Source: an uncultured Pelagibacteraceae bacterium (lineage in GTDB: Bacteria; Pseudomonadota; Alphaproteobacteria; Pelagibacterales; Pelagibacteraceae). Taken from it: a stretch of 64,000 nt of DNA. Below the pieces are notes generated by a model. That model was not told the origin of the DNA. It searched no databases and was given only the letters and a program-made list of their open reading frames with translations. This document shows, piece by piece, positions 47,712 through 57,451 of this stretch; within the stretch, counting starts at the first letter, position 1, and each line of letters starts with the position of its first letter. The DNA is taken from assembly GCA_902546375.1 (NCBI GenBank), contig CACCJO010000002.1:20995-84994 (forward strand), written 5' to 3'. The position numbers and the translations under genes were made by a program.

Positions 47712-50432
47712 ATGAGCAAATCACAAATTAATCTCCCCAAAACTGCTTTTTCGATGAAAGCTAATTTGCCAACACGAGAACCAGAAATTTTGAAATTTTG
47801 GCAAAAAATAAATCTTTATGATGAACTAAGAAAATCAAGAAAAGGAGAAGAAAAATTTGTTCTTCACGATGGTCCTCCCTATGCGAATGGTAATATACAC
47901 ATGGGAACAGCTTTAAATAAAATTCTAAAAGATATAATTGTGAGATTTCATCAAATGGATGGAAAAGACTCTGTCTATGTTCCAGGATGGGATTGTCATG
48001 GATTGCCAATAGAATGGAAAATTGAAGAACAATACAAAAAAAATAAAAAAAACAAAAATGAAGTACCAATCGTTGAATTTAGAAAAGAGTGCAGAGCCTT
48101 CGCGGAAAAATGGATAGATATTCATAAAGACCAATTTAAAAGGTTAGGAGTTGTAGGAGATTGGGATAATTACTATTCTACAATGAGCTTTGATGCTGAA
48201 GCTCAAATAGTAAGAGAATTGGGTAAATTTTTAAAAGAAGGAAGTTTATATAGAGGTTTTAAACCTGTTTTGTGGTCAACAGTTGAAAAAACAGCTTTAG
48301 CAGATGCAGAGGTTGAATACCAAGATCATAAGTCAGATACCATATATGCATCTTTTCCGGTCAAATCTTCAAATATTAAAGAATTAAATGACAGTGAAAT
48401 AGTAATTTGGACAACTACCCCATGGACTATTCCAGCCAATAAAGCATTAGCTTACAATGAAAGCCTAGATTATTTGCTAATTGAGGTAAATGACGATGGA
48501 GATTTTAAAAATAAAAAAATTGTTATTGCAGATGCATTAATAGACTCAGTTGTAAAAGATACCAAAATTCAAAGTTTAAAAAAATTAAAAAATTTTAAAG
48601 GTAAAGATTTAAAAGGAACAATATGTAATCACCCTTTTTTAAAACTTGGTTATGAATACGATATACCTATGCTAGAAGCACGTTTTGTTACTACAGAACA
48701 AGGTACTGGAATTGTTCATTGTGCGCCAAGTCATGGTCCTGATGATTTTAATTTGTGTATGAGTAATGGAATTAAAGCAATTGAAACAGTTGATGGTGAT
48801 GGAAAATATACAAAAAATGTAGCACTTTTTGAAGGGATACATATTTTTAAATCTAATTCAATTGTCATTGAAAAATTGAAAGATCAAAAAAAATTATTAT
48901 CAAGTGGTGAACTTGTTCATTCTTATCCTCATTCATGGAGGTCAAAAGCACCATTAGTTCATAGAGCAACTCCTCAATGGTTTATTTCTATGGATAGTCA
49001 TAAGCTTAGAAACAAAGCTTTAAAAGCGATTGATGACACAACATTTTATCCTAGCAAAGGAAAAGAAAGATTAAAATCAATGATTGAAACAAGACCTGAT
49101 TGGTGTGTTTCAAGACAAAGAGTATGGGGAGTTCCATTACCTATTTTTATAAATAAGAAGACAAGTGAAATTTTGGTCGATGAGGAGGTTTTTGATAATA
49201 TTGCAAAAATTTATGAAAAAGAGGGATCTGATTGTTGGTTTTCAGATGATCCACAAAAATTTCTTGGAAAAAAATATAAAGCTGCAGATTTTGAAAAATT
49301 AAGTGACATCGTAGAGGTATGGTTTGATAGTGGCTCTACGCATTCGTTTGTACTGGAAAAAAGAAAAGATTTAAAGTGGCCCGCATCTATGTATCTCGAG
49401 GGCTCTGACCAACATAGGGGTTGGTTTCATTCATCTCTTTTAGAGTCTTGTGGAACAAGAGATCGTGCACCTTTTGAGTCTATTCTTTCTCATGGTTTCG
49501 TAGTTGATGGCAAAGGTTTAAAAATGTCGAAATCTTTGGGAAACGTAATTGCGCCCGAGGATATCTTAAAAAAATATGGAGCTGATATACTTAGAATTTG
49601 GGTTGCTTCCTCAAATTATGCTGAGGATCTTCGAATAGACTATTCAATACTAGACCAGCATGCTGAGTCCTATAGAAAAATAAGAAATACATTTAGATAT
49701 CTGCTTGGAAATCTTAATGATAATTTTGAAAAAATAGATTTAGAAAAAATTAAAATTGAGAATTTACCCGAATTAGAGCAATTTATGCTTCATAAAATTT
49801 ACAATTTAAATTCTAAATTTAATAAATTTTTCAAAGATTATGATTTCCATAATTTGTATAAAGAGTTATTAAATTTTTGTACTGTAGACTTATCTGCTTT
49901 TTATTTTGATATAAGAAAAGATACTTTGTACTGTGATCCAATAATTTCTGAAAAAAGAAAATCTACACTTATATTGTTAAATGTTATTCTCAATTCTTTA
50001 ATAAGATGGTTTGCACCAATATTATCTTTTACAACTGAAGAGATTTATCAGCTTATTTCAAAAAACAAAAAGAGTATTCATCTTGAAAAATTTTTAAATT
50101 TTCCTGAAAAATTTAAAAATTCAAACCTTAACTCTAAATGGGAACAATTAATCAAAATAAGAGATATTTGTAATCTGAGTATTGAGCAAAAACGAGCAAG
50201 TAAAGATATAGGATCTAGTTTAGAGGCAGCTTTAACTGTGAAATTAAATAATGAGAACAAGAAATTTTTGAAAAATATTGATCTTTCAGAACTTTGCATA
50301 ACTTCTTCAGTCAAAATTGAGAATAGTGATACAAATGAGATAATTGTAGAGACAAGCAAAGCAAAAGGTGAAAAATGTCCAATATGTTGGAAAATCAGAA
50401 GCGCACCATGTGAAAGACCGAATTGTAAATAG
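47712..50432 (+). CDS. ileS: Isoleucine--tRNA ligase
   Basis: HDGPPYANGNIHMG, GWDCHGLPIE, WTTTPWT, EGSDQHRGWF and KMSKS. Confidence 0.98.
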   Translation: MSKSQINLPKTAFSMKANLPTREPEILKFWQKINLYDELRKSRKGEEKFVLHDGPPYANGNIHMGTALNKILKDIIVRFHQMDGKDSVYVPGWDCHGLPIEWKIEEQYKKNKKNKNEVPIVEFRKECRAFAEKWIDIHKDQFKRLGVVGDWDNYYSTMSFDAEAQIVRELGKFLKEGSLYRGFKPVLWSTVEKTALADAEVEYQDHKSDTIYASFPVKSSNIKELNDSEIVIWTTTPWTIPANKALAYNESLDYLLIEVNDDGDFKNKKIVIADALIDSVVKDTKIQSLKKLKNFKGKDLKGTICNHPFLKLGYEYDIPMLEARFVTTEQGTGIVHCAPSHGPDDFNLCMSNGIKAIETVDGDGKYTKNVALFEGIHIFKSNSIVIEKLKDQKKLLSSGELVHSYPHSWRSKAPLVHRATPQWFISMDSHKLRNKALKAIDDTTFYPSKGKERLKSMIETRPDWCVSRQRVWGVPLPIFINKKTSEILVDEEVFDNIAKIYEKEGSDCWFSDDPQKFLGKKYKAADFEKLSDIVEVWFDSGSTHSFVLEKRKDLKWPASMYLEGSDQHRGWFHSSLLESCGTRDRAPFESILSHGFVVDGKGLKMSKSLGNVIAPEDILKKYGADILRIWVASSNYAEDLRIDYSILDQHAESYRKIRNTFRYLLGNLNDNFEKIDLEKIKIENLPELEQFMLHKIYNLNSKFNKFFKDYDFHNLYKELLNFCTVDLSAFYFDIRKDTLYCDPIISEKRKSTLILLNVILNSLIRWFAPILSFTTEEIYQLISKNKKSIHLEKFLNFPEKFKNSNLNSKWEQLIKIRDICNLSIEQKRASKDIGSSLEAALTVKLNNENKKFLKNIDLSELCITSSVKIENSDTNEIIVETSKAKGEKCPICWKIRSAPCERPNCK

Positions 50433-50433
50433 A

Positions 50434-50904
50434 ATGTTAAAAAAACATTTAGTAGATTTTTTAATTATTATTTTTATATTTTTAATCGATAGAGTAAGTA
50501 AATTATTGATCATTAATTCTCCAGAAACTTATGAACAATATGGCATTAGTGTTACATCTTTTTTAAATTTTAATTTGATTTGGAATGAAGGTATTGCTTT
50601 TGGTTTATTTTCTTTTGATGAAAAACTATATTATAATTCTCTAACAATCTTTATTTGCCTTATAACTGTCGTCATTATTTGGCTAATGTTTAGATCTAGG
50701 GGATTTGAAAAATTGAGTTATATAATGATTATAGGAGGCTCACTGGGAAATATTTTTGATAGAGTATTTTATTCCGCAGTGCCAGATTTTATAGATATAC
50801 ATATTAATAATTTTCATTGGTTTATATTTAATGTTGCTGATATATTCATTACTATTGGCATAATCTTTTTAATAAGTTTTGAAATCTTTAGTAAAAAAAA
50901 TTAA
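50434..50904 (+). CDS. lspA: Lipoprotein signal peptidase II
   Basis: DRVSK, WNEGIAFG, GGSLGNIFDR and FIFNVAD. ATG 50434 lies 1 nt after the ileS stop. Confidence 0.93.
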   Translation: MLKKHLVDFLIIIFIFLIDRVSKLLIINSPETYEQYGISVTSFLNFNLIWNEGIAFGLFSFDEKLYYNSLTIFICLITVVIIWLMFRSRGFEKLSYIMIIGGSLGNIFDRVFYSAVPDFIDIHINNFHWFIFNVADIFITIGIIFLISFEIFSKKN

Positions 50905-51216
50905 ATGAAGTTTATTTATAATACATTCCTAATCTTAGCAGTATCATCATTTCTGTTTGCTTGTGAAAGTATTAAAATGAAAAAAAAGGCTGACTCAGGT
51001 GAGGAATTTTTAATAGAAAAAAAAGATCCTTTGGTTTTACCACCAGACTTTTCCAAATTACCAAAACCTAATGAGCAACCTGAAACTATGGATAATGATA
51101 TTAATATAAAATCTGTATTGGATGGAAATCAAAATAGTACAGAGGGAGATAATAATCAAAACTCTTCAAAATCTAATATTAAAAAAAGTATTTCAGAAAA
51201 AATTCAAAAACAATAA
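50905..51216 (+). CDS. DUF3035-like lipoprotein
   Basis: LFAC lipobox and EFLIEKKDPLVLPPDF..LPKP. Follows lspA as in other Alphaproteobacteria. Confidence 0.8.
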   Translation: MKFIYNTFLILAVSSFLFACESIKMKKKADSGEEFLIEKKDPLVLPPDFSKLPKPNEQPETMDNDINIKSVLDGNQNSTEGDNNQNSSKSNIKKSISEKIQKQ

Positions 51217-52373
51217 TGTCGACTAAAAATATTATTTTTGAAAATTTTATCGATAAAAAAACAAATTCAAGATTAAAAAAATATTTAAAAGAATTAATTT
51301 CCTCAAAAAGTGAAGTTATAAATTCTTTATCAAGAGATTACAAATACAGCTATACAAAAAAATTTATTAAAAAATATAAGAATTTTAAAAATATCAGAAT
51401 TTTTGGTATGGGGGGATCCTCTTTAGGAACGATGGCAATTTATGATTTTTTAAAACATAAAATAAATAAAAATTTTTATTTTCTTACAAATTTAAATCAA
51501 AAAATTAAATTTCCAAAAAAAAAATATCTTAACTTAGTAATTTCAAAATCTGGAAATACATTGGAAACAATTGTTAATAGCAATTTATATATAAATAAAA
51601 ACGATAAAAATGTTTTAGTTTCAGATAAAAAAGAGAGTATTTTAAGAGAGATAAGTATGAAGCTAAAATCAGATATTATTGATCATAATAATTTTATTGG
51701 TGGAAGGTATTCAGTTTTATCAGAAGTTGGTATGTTGCCAGCAGAGTTAATGGGTTTGGATTCAAGGAAATTTAAAAAATTCGATAACTTAGTGTCTAAT
51801 AAGAAATTTTTAAATTCACTAATAATAAATGTTTCAAATATTTTAAAATTAATAAAGAGAAAAAAATTAAATTCAGTAATTCTCAATTACGATGAAACTG
51901 CTGATAATTTTCTAAAATGGTATCAACAATTAGTAGCCGAAAGTTTAGGAAAAAAAGGAAATGGCATTTTTCCAATAATATCAAATATGCCTAAAGATAA
52001 TCATAGTTTAATGCAATTATATCTCGACGGTAATAAAAATAATTTTTACACGTTTTTTTATACAAAGGATCGAAATTACCCAAAATTAAATCAAGATATG
52101 ATTCCTGGTTCTTTAAAATTTTTAAAAAGGAAGGATCTAGGCGATGTTCTTTCCTCTAAAATCTTAGCAACAAAAAAAGTTTTCCAAAAAAAAAATATAC
52201 CATTTAGAAGTTTTTTTATAAAATCTAAAAATGAAGAAGTACTTGGTGAATTATTTTCATATTTCATTTTAGAAACAATTCTTTTAGCTAAAGCTTTAAA
52301 AATAAATCCTTATGATCAACCGGCTGTTGAACTAATTAAAATAGAAACGAAAAAAATTTTAAAAGGTTCTTAA
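51216..52373 (+). CDS. pgi: Glucose-6-phosphate isomerase (short form)
   Basis: GMGGSSLG, ISKSGNTLET, IGGRYSVLS, QQLVAESLGK, DNHS and PYDQPAVE.IK. Confidence 0.9.
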   Translation: MSTKNIIFENFIDKKTNSRLKKYLKELISSKSEVINSLSRDYKYSYTKKFIKKYKNFKNIRIFGMGGSSLGTMAIYDFLKHKINKNFYFLTNLNQKIKFPKKKYLNLVISKSGNTLETIVNSNLYINKNDKNVLVSDKKESILREISMKLKSDIIDHNNFIGGRYSVLSEVGMLPAELMGLDSRKFKKFDNLVSNKKFLNSLIINVSNILKLIKRKKLNSVILNYDETADNFLKWYQQLVAESLGKKGNGIFPIISNMPKDNHSLMQLYLDGNKNNFYTFFYTKDRNYPKLNQDMIPGSLKFLKRKDLGDVLSSKILATKKVFQKKNIPFRSFFIKSKNEEVLGELFSYFILETILLAKALKINPYDQPAVELIKIETKKILKGS

Positions 52374-52930
52374 TTTGCAAAATATACTTTAGAGGCTCCA
52401 TAGGTCCGAGTATCAAGAATATTAATTTTTTCGGTTATTACTATTTTATCTTTTTTATGTCTGTGAATAATCAAAATACCTTCTTTTTTAAGGAGTTTTC
52501 TTAAAATAATTTTTTCAATTAACATATTAATTCTTATTTCTTTGTAAGGGGGATCAATAAAGATTATATCAAATTTTTTGTCAATCTTTTTAACAGAGTT
52601 AAAATATTCAAAACAATTATCTTTATAAATTTGAAATTTTTTTTCATTTTTAAAAAGAAGTAGATTTTTTTCTAATACTTTTATTGCCTCAAAATAATTT
52701 TCAAAAAAATACACGTACCCAGATTCTCTTGATAAACATTCTATTCCAAAAGATCCACAGCCAGAAAATAAATCTAAAATGGTAGAACCTTTTAAATTTA
52801 CATTTATTTTTTTTGAATGCTCTAGAAGATTGAAAATTGACTCCTTTACTAAATCTTTTAAAGGTCTAGTGTTATTATCTTTAGGTAATAATAACTTTTT
52901 TCCTTTAAATCTCCCAGAAATTATTCTCAT
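52370..52930 (-). CDS. rsmD: 16S rRNA m2G966 methyltransferase
   Basis: MRIISGRFKG, TRP, KESIFN, LDLFSG.GSFG.E and DPPY. Confidence 0.94.
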   Translation of the reverse strand: MRIISGRFKGKKLLLPKDNNTRPLKDLVKESIFNLLEHSKKINVNLKGSTILDLFSGCGSFGIECLSRESGYVYFFENYFEAIKVLEKNLLLFKNEKKFQIYKDNCFEYFNSVKKIDKKFDIIFIDPPYKEIRINMLIEKIILRKLLKKEGILIIHRHKKDKIVITEKINILDTRTYGASKVYFAN

Positions 52931-54192
52931 TATGATATAATCTTATAACCAATATCTTTTCTAAAATATCCATTTTGCCAATTTAATTTTTTAATTAAAC
53001 TTATGGCTTGATCTCTCCCAATTTTTAAATTGTCTGATTTAATTACAAAATTTAATACTCTCCCACCATTGGAATGTATTCTCGAATTATTTATTTTAGT
53101 TCCGGCGTGAAAAATGTATTCATTATTCTGCAGCTGAATTTCTTTGATACCGTTTATTTCTAAATTATTTTTATATTTATCTGGATATCCTTTTGAAGCT
53201 AAAACAATACAAATAGTTTTTTCTTCAAACCATTCTAAATTTATATTTTTTAATTTTTCATTTACAGTGGCAACTACTATGTCTAAAAAATCGGTTTTGA
53301 GTCTTGGAAGTATTGTCTGACATTCAGGATCTCCCATTCTTACATTGTATTCAATCAAAAAAGGTTCACCGTCAAGAATCATTAATCCTGCATATAGAAA
53401 ACCCTTAAATCTGCTATTTATATCTTTTAAGCCTTTCAATGTTGGTTCTATTATTTTTTCTATTATCTTTTTTTCCAGTTTTTCACTTTCCAATCTAGAA
53501 GGTGAGTAAGCTCCCATTCCTCCCGTGTTTTTACCTTTATCTCCCTCCAATGCTCGTTTGTGATCTTGTGCAGTTCCAAATATTTTATAATTGATACCGT
53601 CAGAAATTATAAAAAAACTCATCTCTTCACCTTTTAGAAATTCCTCAATTAAAATTTGTTTTGCATCGCCAAATTTACCTTTAAAAATTTCCTCAACTGC
53701 TTTCTTTGATTGATCATTGGTTTCACAAATATAGACGCCTTTTCCTGCTGCTAAACCATCAGCCTTAACAACTATAGGAAATTTACACTCGTTTAAGAAT
53801 GAAAGACTCTCTCGAATGCTTTTGAAGACACCAAATTTTGCAGTAGGTATATTATATTTTTTACATAAATTTTTTGTGAAAATCTTTGAACCTTCAAGTT
53901 GTGAAGAAATACGATCTGGACCAAATACCTTAATTTTGTTTAGTTCCAAGAAGTCGACTATTCCATCTACCAGTGGTTTTTCAGGACCTACTATTATTAT
54001 GTCTATACCTAGTTTTATTATAACTCTTTTTAATTCCTCAAAATTATTTAGTTCAATCTCAATATTTTCTGCAATAAAGCTAGTGCCTGCATTTCCTGGA
54101 AAACAGTAAATCTTGTCAATATTTTTTGACTTTTTCAAAGATATGCATATGGCATGCTCTCTCCCACCACTTCCTATTACTCCAACTTTCAT
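52930..54192 (-). CDS. purD: Phosphoribosylamine--glycine ligase
   Basis: GSGGREHA, VGPE, LEGSK, KADGLAAGKGV, QDHKR, NTGGMGAY and EYNVRMGDPE. Confidence 0.97.
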   Translation of the reverse strand: MKVGVIGSGGREHAICISLKKSKNIDKIYCFPGNAGTSFIAENIEIELNNFEELKRVIIKLGIDIIIVGPEKPLVDGIVDFLELNKIKVFGPDRISSQLEGSKIFTKNLCKKYNIPTAKFGVFKSIRESLSFLNECKFPIVVKADGLAAGKGVYICETNDQSKKAVEEIFKGKFGDAKQILIEEFLKGEEMSFFIISDGINYKIFGTAQDHKRALEGDKGKNTGGMGAYSPSRLESEKLEKKIIEKIIEPTLKGLKDINSRFKGFLYAGLMILDGEPFLIEYNVRMGDPECQTILPRLKTDFLDIVVATVNEKLKNINLEWFEEKTICIVLASKGYPDKYKNNLEINGIKEIQLQNNEYIFHAGTKINNSRIHSNGGRVLNFVIKSDNLKIGRDQAISLIKKLNWQNGYFRKDIGYKIIS

Positions 54193-54216
54193 ATAATTAT
54201 ATATAAACTATAAATA

Positions 54217-54405
54217 ATGAAAAAATTAGCTAAATTAAAATATTTACCAAATAATTTCAAAATAATTGAAAATGGTGACCACGTTATATGCGCAGTCTCA
54301 GGTAAAAAAATTTCTTTAGATAATTTAAATTATTGGAATGTGGAAACTCAAGAAGCCTATTTTTCTTATAAAGAAGCTCACAAAAAAAGAGAATCAGAAA
54401 CCTAA
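54217..54405 (+). CDS. DUF2093 family small protein
   Basis: GDHVICAVSGK.I.LD.L.YWNV..QEAY pattern. Confidence 0.82.
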   Translation: MKKLAKLKYLPNNFKIIENGDHVICAVSGKKISLDNLNYWNVETQEAYFSYKEAHKKRESET

Positions 54406-54409
54406 ATTA

Positions 54410-55276
54410 TTATAATTTCCATCTATTATGTGTCCAGATCCATTGTTTTGGGTTCGCAATGATCATTTTTTCTAAAATTTTATTGAGTTCTAGTGTAATT
54501 TTTTCAACAGAGTCATTTTTAGAAAATTGAATGTTATCAAAAATTTTGATTTTAAAATTATCATCTATTGATCTCTCTATATTAATAGGAACTACTTCAG
54601 CATTAAATTTTTTGATGAATTGAGCAGGTATTGTAGTAGTGAGAGCTTCTTTACCAAAAAAATCACATTTTATTCCTTCGGATACTCTTTGATCAATCAT
54701 TAAAGCAATAGATGTCCCATTTTTAAACTCTCTAAGCAACTCCTTGGTACCAGAAATTCCTTTTTGAATTTGTTTTTTACAAATATAATTTTTTCTTATT
54801 TTTTCCATAAGTGGATTTAGAAATTTATTATTTAAGGGTCTATAAATCGCAGCTAAATCAATACCAGATTTTTCAATATGCATTGCCATTAATTCAAAAT
54901 TATCGAAATGTCCTGATATGAAAATTACTGGTGTATTTTTTTGTTTTATTTTTTCCAAGCCTTTTTGATTTTCTATAATAATTTTCTTAGAAAATTTAGG
55001 TGATTGCCTAAAATCTTTAATAAAAATATATTCAGCAAAGATTTTGCCATAAGTTGTCCACATACTTTTTACAATCTTGTCTTTTTCATTCTTATCTAAT
55101 TCTGGGAAAGCTATAGTTAAATTAAAATGTGAAATTTTTTTTGATCTAAAATGAGGGCCAATTATTCTGAAAATAAAACTTGAAAAGAATTTTGATAATT
55201 TTAGTCCTAAAATCTTAAATAATAAAAATAAAAAAATAATAAAAATAAACTGTATAAAATATTTAATTAATTTCAT
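54410..55276 (-). CDS. Lipid A biosynthesis acyltransferase (LpxL/HtrB family)
   Basis: SGHFDNFE, YRPLNN, MIDQ and PKQWIWTHNRWK. Confidence 0.9.
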   Translation of the reverse strand: MKLIKYFIQFIFIIFLFLLFKILGLKLSKFFSSFIFRIIGPHFRSKKISHFNLTIAFPELDKNEKDKIVKSMWTTYGKIFAEYIFIKDFRQSPKFSKKIIIENQKGLEKIKQKNTPVIFISGHFDNFELMAMHIEKSGIDLAAIYRPLNNKFLNPLMEKIRKNYICKKQIQKGISGTKELLREFKNGTSIALMIDQRVSEGIKCDFFGKEALTTTIPAQFIKKFNAEVVPINIERSIDDNFKIKIFDNIQFSKNDSVEKITLELNKILEKMIIANPKQWIWTHNRWKL

Positions 55277-56219
55277 TAATCTTGGTTTTTAAAAATTGAA
55301 TAAGTTTATTTTCATCTTTAATTTTCATGTTTATTTTTATGAAACTAATTTTTTCTCTAAAAATTCGAGGAATTCTTTTGAAATCTTTTTCAGTTGTAAT
55401 GATTTCTGCATTATTGGAATTTGCTTTATCTATAATTTCAAAAATATCTTTATCTTGATAATTATAATGATCTGGAAAAGAAACTTCTCCAATTATTTTA
55501 AATTTATTTTTAAGTAATAACTTTTTGAAACTATCAGGATTTCCTATCCCTGAAAAAATAATATAATTTTTATCAATATTAAATTCACTAATATTTTTTA
55601 TCTCAATATTAGACACAAAAACTTCAATGTTTGGATTTATTTCTCTGATCTTATTATGAATATAATCTAAATCCGAGACCTCATTAACTGTTTTTAAAAA
55701 TATTCCATGATAATTTTTTAAAGCATTCATTTTTTCTCTTAATGGACCAGATGGTATCAAATGACCATTTCCAATCCATTTCTCACTATCAAAACAAGCA
55801 AATTTTATATCATAATCGATCCATTTTTCTTGAAGTCCATCATCAAAAATTATCATATCGAATTTCATCTCAATAGCTTTTTTAACTATTTTTTTTCTAT
55901 CACTTAATGAGATGAAATTTGAATTTTCCTCAAGAAGTTTTTGTTCATCCATTTGATTATTGTAAAATTTTTTTGCGGTTACCGGATTAATATTCATATT
56001 CCTTAAAAGATCATATAGAAGCAATGAAGTTGGAGTTTTTCCAGTACCTCCAACATATAAATTTCCAATACATATAGTTTTTATTTCAGTGAACTTTTTT
56101 TTTGGTATGAGACTGGAGATAATATTATTAATTTCAACAAATATTGTAAAAGGATAAAGCAAATATGCAAAAAAATTTGGTTTTTTAAAATCCCAAAATT
56201 TTGGTTTTTTTAAAATCAT
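55263..56219 (-). CDS. lpxK: Tetraacyldisaccharide 4'-kinase
   Basis: IGNLYVGGTGKTP, DDGLQ, PSGPLRE, GIGNP..F, FPDH and TTEKD. Confidence 0.95.
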   Translation of the reverse strand: MILKKPKFWDFKKPNFFAYLLYPFTIFVEINNIISSLIPKKKFTEIKTICIGNLYVGGTGKTPTSLLLYDLLRNMNINPVTAKKFYNNQMDEQKLLEENSNFISLSDRKKIVKKAIEMKFDMIIFDDGLQEKWIDYDIKFACFDSEKWIGNGHLIPSGPLREKMNALKNYHGIFLKTVNEVSDLDYIHNKIREINPNIEVFVSNIEIKNISEFNIDKNYIIFSGIGNPDSFKKLLLKNKFKIIGEVSFPDHYNYQDKDIFEIIDKANSNNAEIITTEKDFKRIPRIFREKISFIKINMKIKDENKLIQFLKTKINEIN

Positions 56220-57451
56220 TTGTTAATTTCTTTATAGGTTTTATTTAAAATATCTATTCCTATCAAATGTAAATCCTTAATTATTTTTTTAGAGTTATTT
56301 TTTGAATTAAAATATTTGATGATATACTTAATTAGTTGATCTTGATTAGTTATTTTTCTTGATAAATTTTTTTTATTAAGAAATCTATAAATTTCTCTAA
56401 AATTTGAAACATTTGGACCATGCAAAACTTTACAACCATATCTGGTTGCTTCCAATGGGTTTTGACCGCCATGCATAATTAATGATCCTCCTAAAAAAAT
56501 ATTTTTACAAACTTTGTAAAACAATTTTGTTTTTCCATAAGAATTTACCAGGTAAATATCTGTATTTGGGTCTATTTTTTTTCTAGGTTCATCTAAGTGA
56601 ACTTTTAGATTTAAGTTGTTGAGTTCTGTCTTAATTGAATTGATTCTATTAATGTGCCTTGGAATTATTATCGTTAACAGATTTTTGAATTTTCTTTTCA
56701 ATTTTATGTGTGCTATTCCACAAAACTTTTCTTCGTTATAATGAGTACTGGATGCACACCATGTTTTTCTTAAGTTAATTAAATTCACCAGGTCTTTATT
56801 TAAGTTGGTTTTTTCATTTTCGGATTGACTAAATTTTAAGTTACCAATTATTTTTATATTTTTTGCTCCTAGCTTTTTTAAATATTTTTTTGTTTCAATA
56901 TTTGATGAAAGACATATTTCAAATTTACTAAAGATTGATTTTGCAAAGGAAGAAAAAATTTTCCATCGATTAAATGATTTTTTTGTGATTCGTCCGTTTA
57001 GAAGAAATATTGGTGTACTTCTTTCGTATAAGTTATTTATAGTAATTGGCCAAATTTCAGAGTCTATAAAAAAAGCCTTTGAAGGTTTCCAATAATTTAA
57101 AAACCTTTTGGAAATAAAATTACAATCAATAGGAAAGAATTGATGTGTTGTTTTTTTTAATTTTAAATTTTTTATTATAAGTGATGAGCTTACAGTGTTA
57201 GACGTAATTAATATTTGTTTAATTGTTTTATTTTTTTCAAATCTTTCTACTAACGGAATAATACTTTGAATCTCACCTACGCTGGCCCCATGAAACCAAA
57301 TTAACTTCCCTTTGTTCCTTTTTTTTGAAAAAAAACCTATTTTTTCCTTAAATCTTAATAAGTCTTCCTTTCCTTTGAATATTCGAAAAATGATTATTAC
57401 TGGAGAAAAAAAAAATACTAAATTTATCAAAATTTTGTAAATAAAAAACAT
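56216..57451 (-). CDS. waaA: 3-deoxy-D-manno-octulosonic acid transferase
   Basis: WFHGASVGE, SEIWP, GNLKF, ASSTH, IPRH and GGQNPLE. Confidence 0.95.
   Translation of the reverse strand: MFFIYKILINLVFFFSPVIIIFRIFKGKEDLLRFKEKIGFFSKKRNKGKLIWFHGASVGEIQSIIPLVERFEKNKTIKQILITSNTVSSSLIIKNLKLKKTTHQFFPIDCNFISKRFLNYWKPSKAFFIDSEIWPITINNLYERSTPIFLLNGRITKKSFNRWKIFSSFAKSIFSKFEICLSSNIETKKYLKKLGAKNIKIIGNLKFSQSENEKTNLNKDLVNLINLRKTWCASSTHYNEEKFCGIAHIKLKRKFKNLLTIIIPRHINRINSIKTELNNLNLKVHLDEPRKKIDPNTDIYLVNSYGKTKLFYKVCKNIFLGGSLIMHGGQNPLEATRYGCKVLHGPNVSNFREIYRFLNKKNLSRKITNQDQLIKYIIKYFNSKNNSKKIIKDLHLIGIDILNKTYKEINK

Noticed and set aside
50368-50433. N-terminal extension of LspA overlapping ileS
   Set aside because: ATG 50434 gives a normal-length LspA immediately after the ileS stop.
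51216-52373. Short Pgi (385 aa) as a possible pseudogene
   Set aside because: All catalytic motifs are present in one frame and the start is coupled to the upstream stop.
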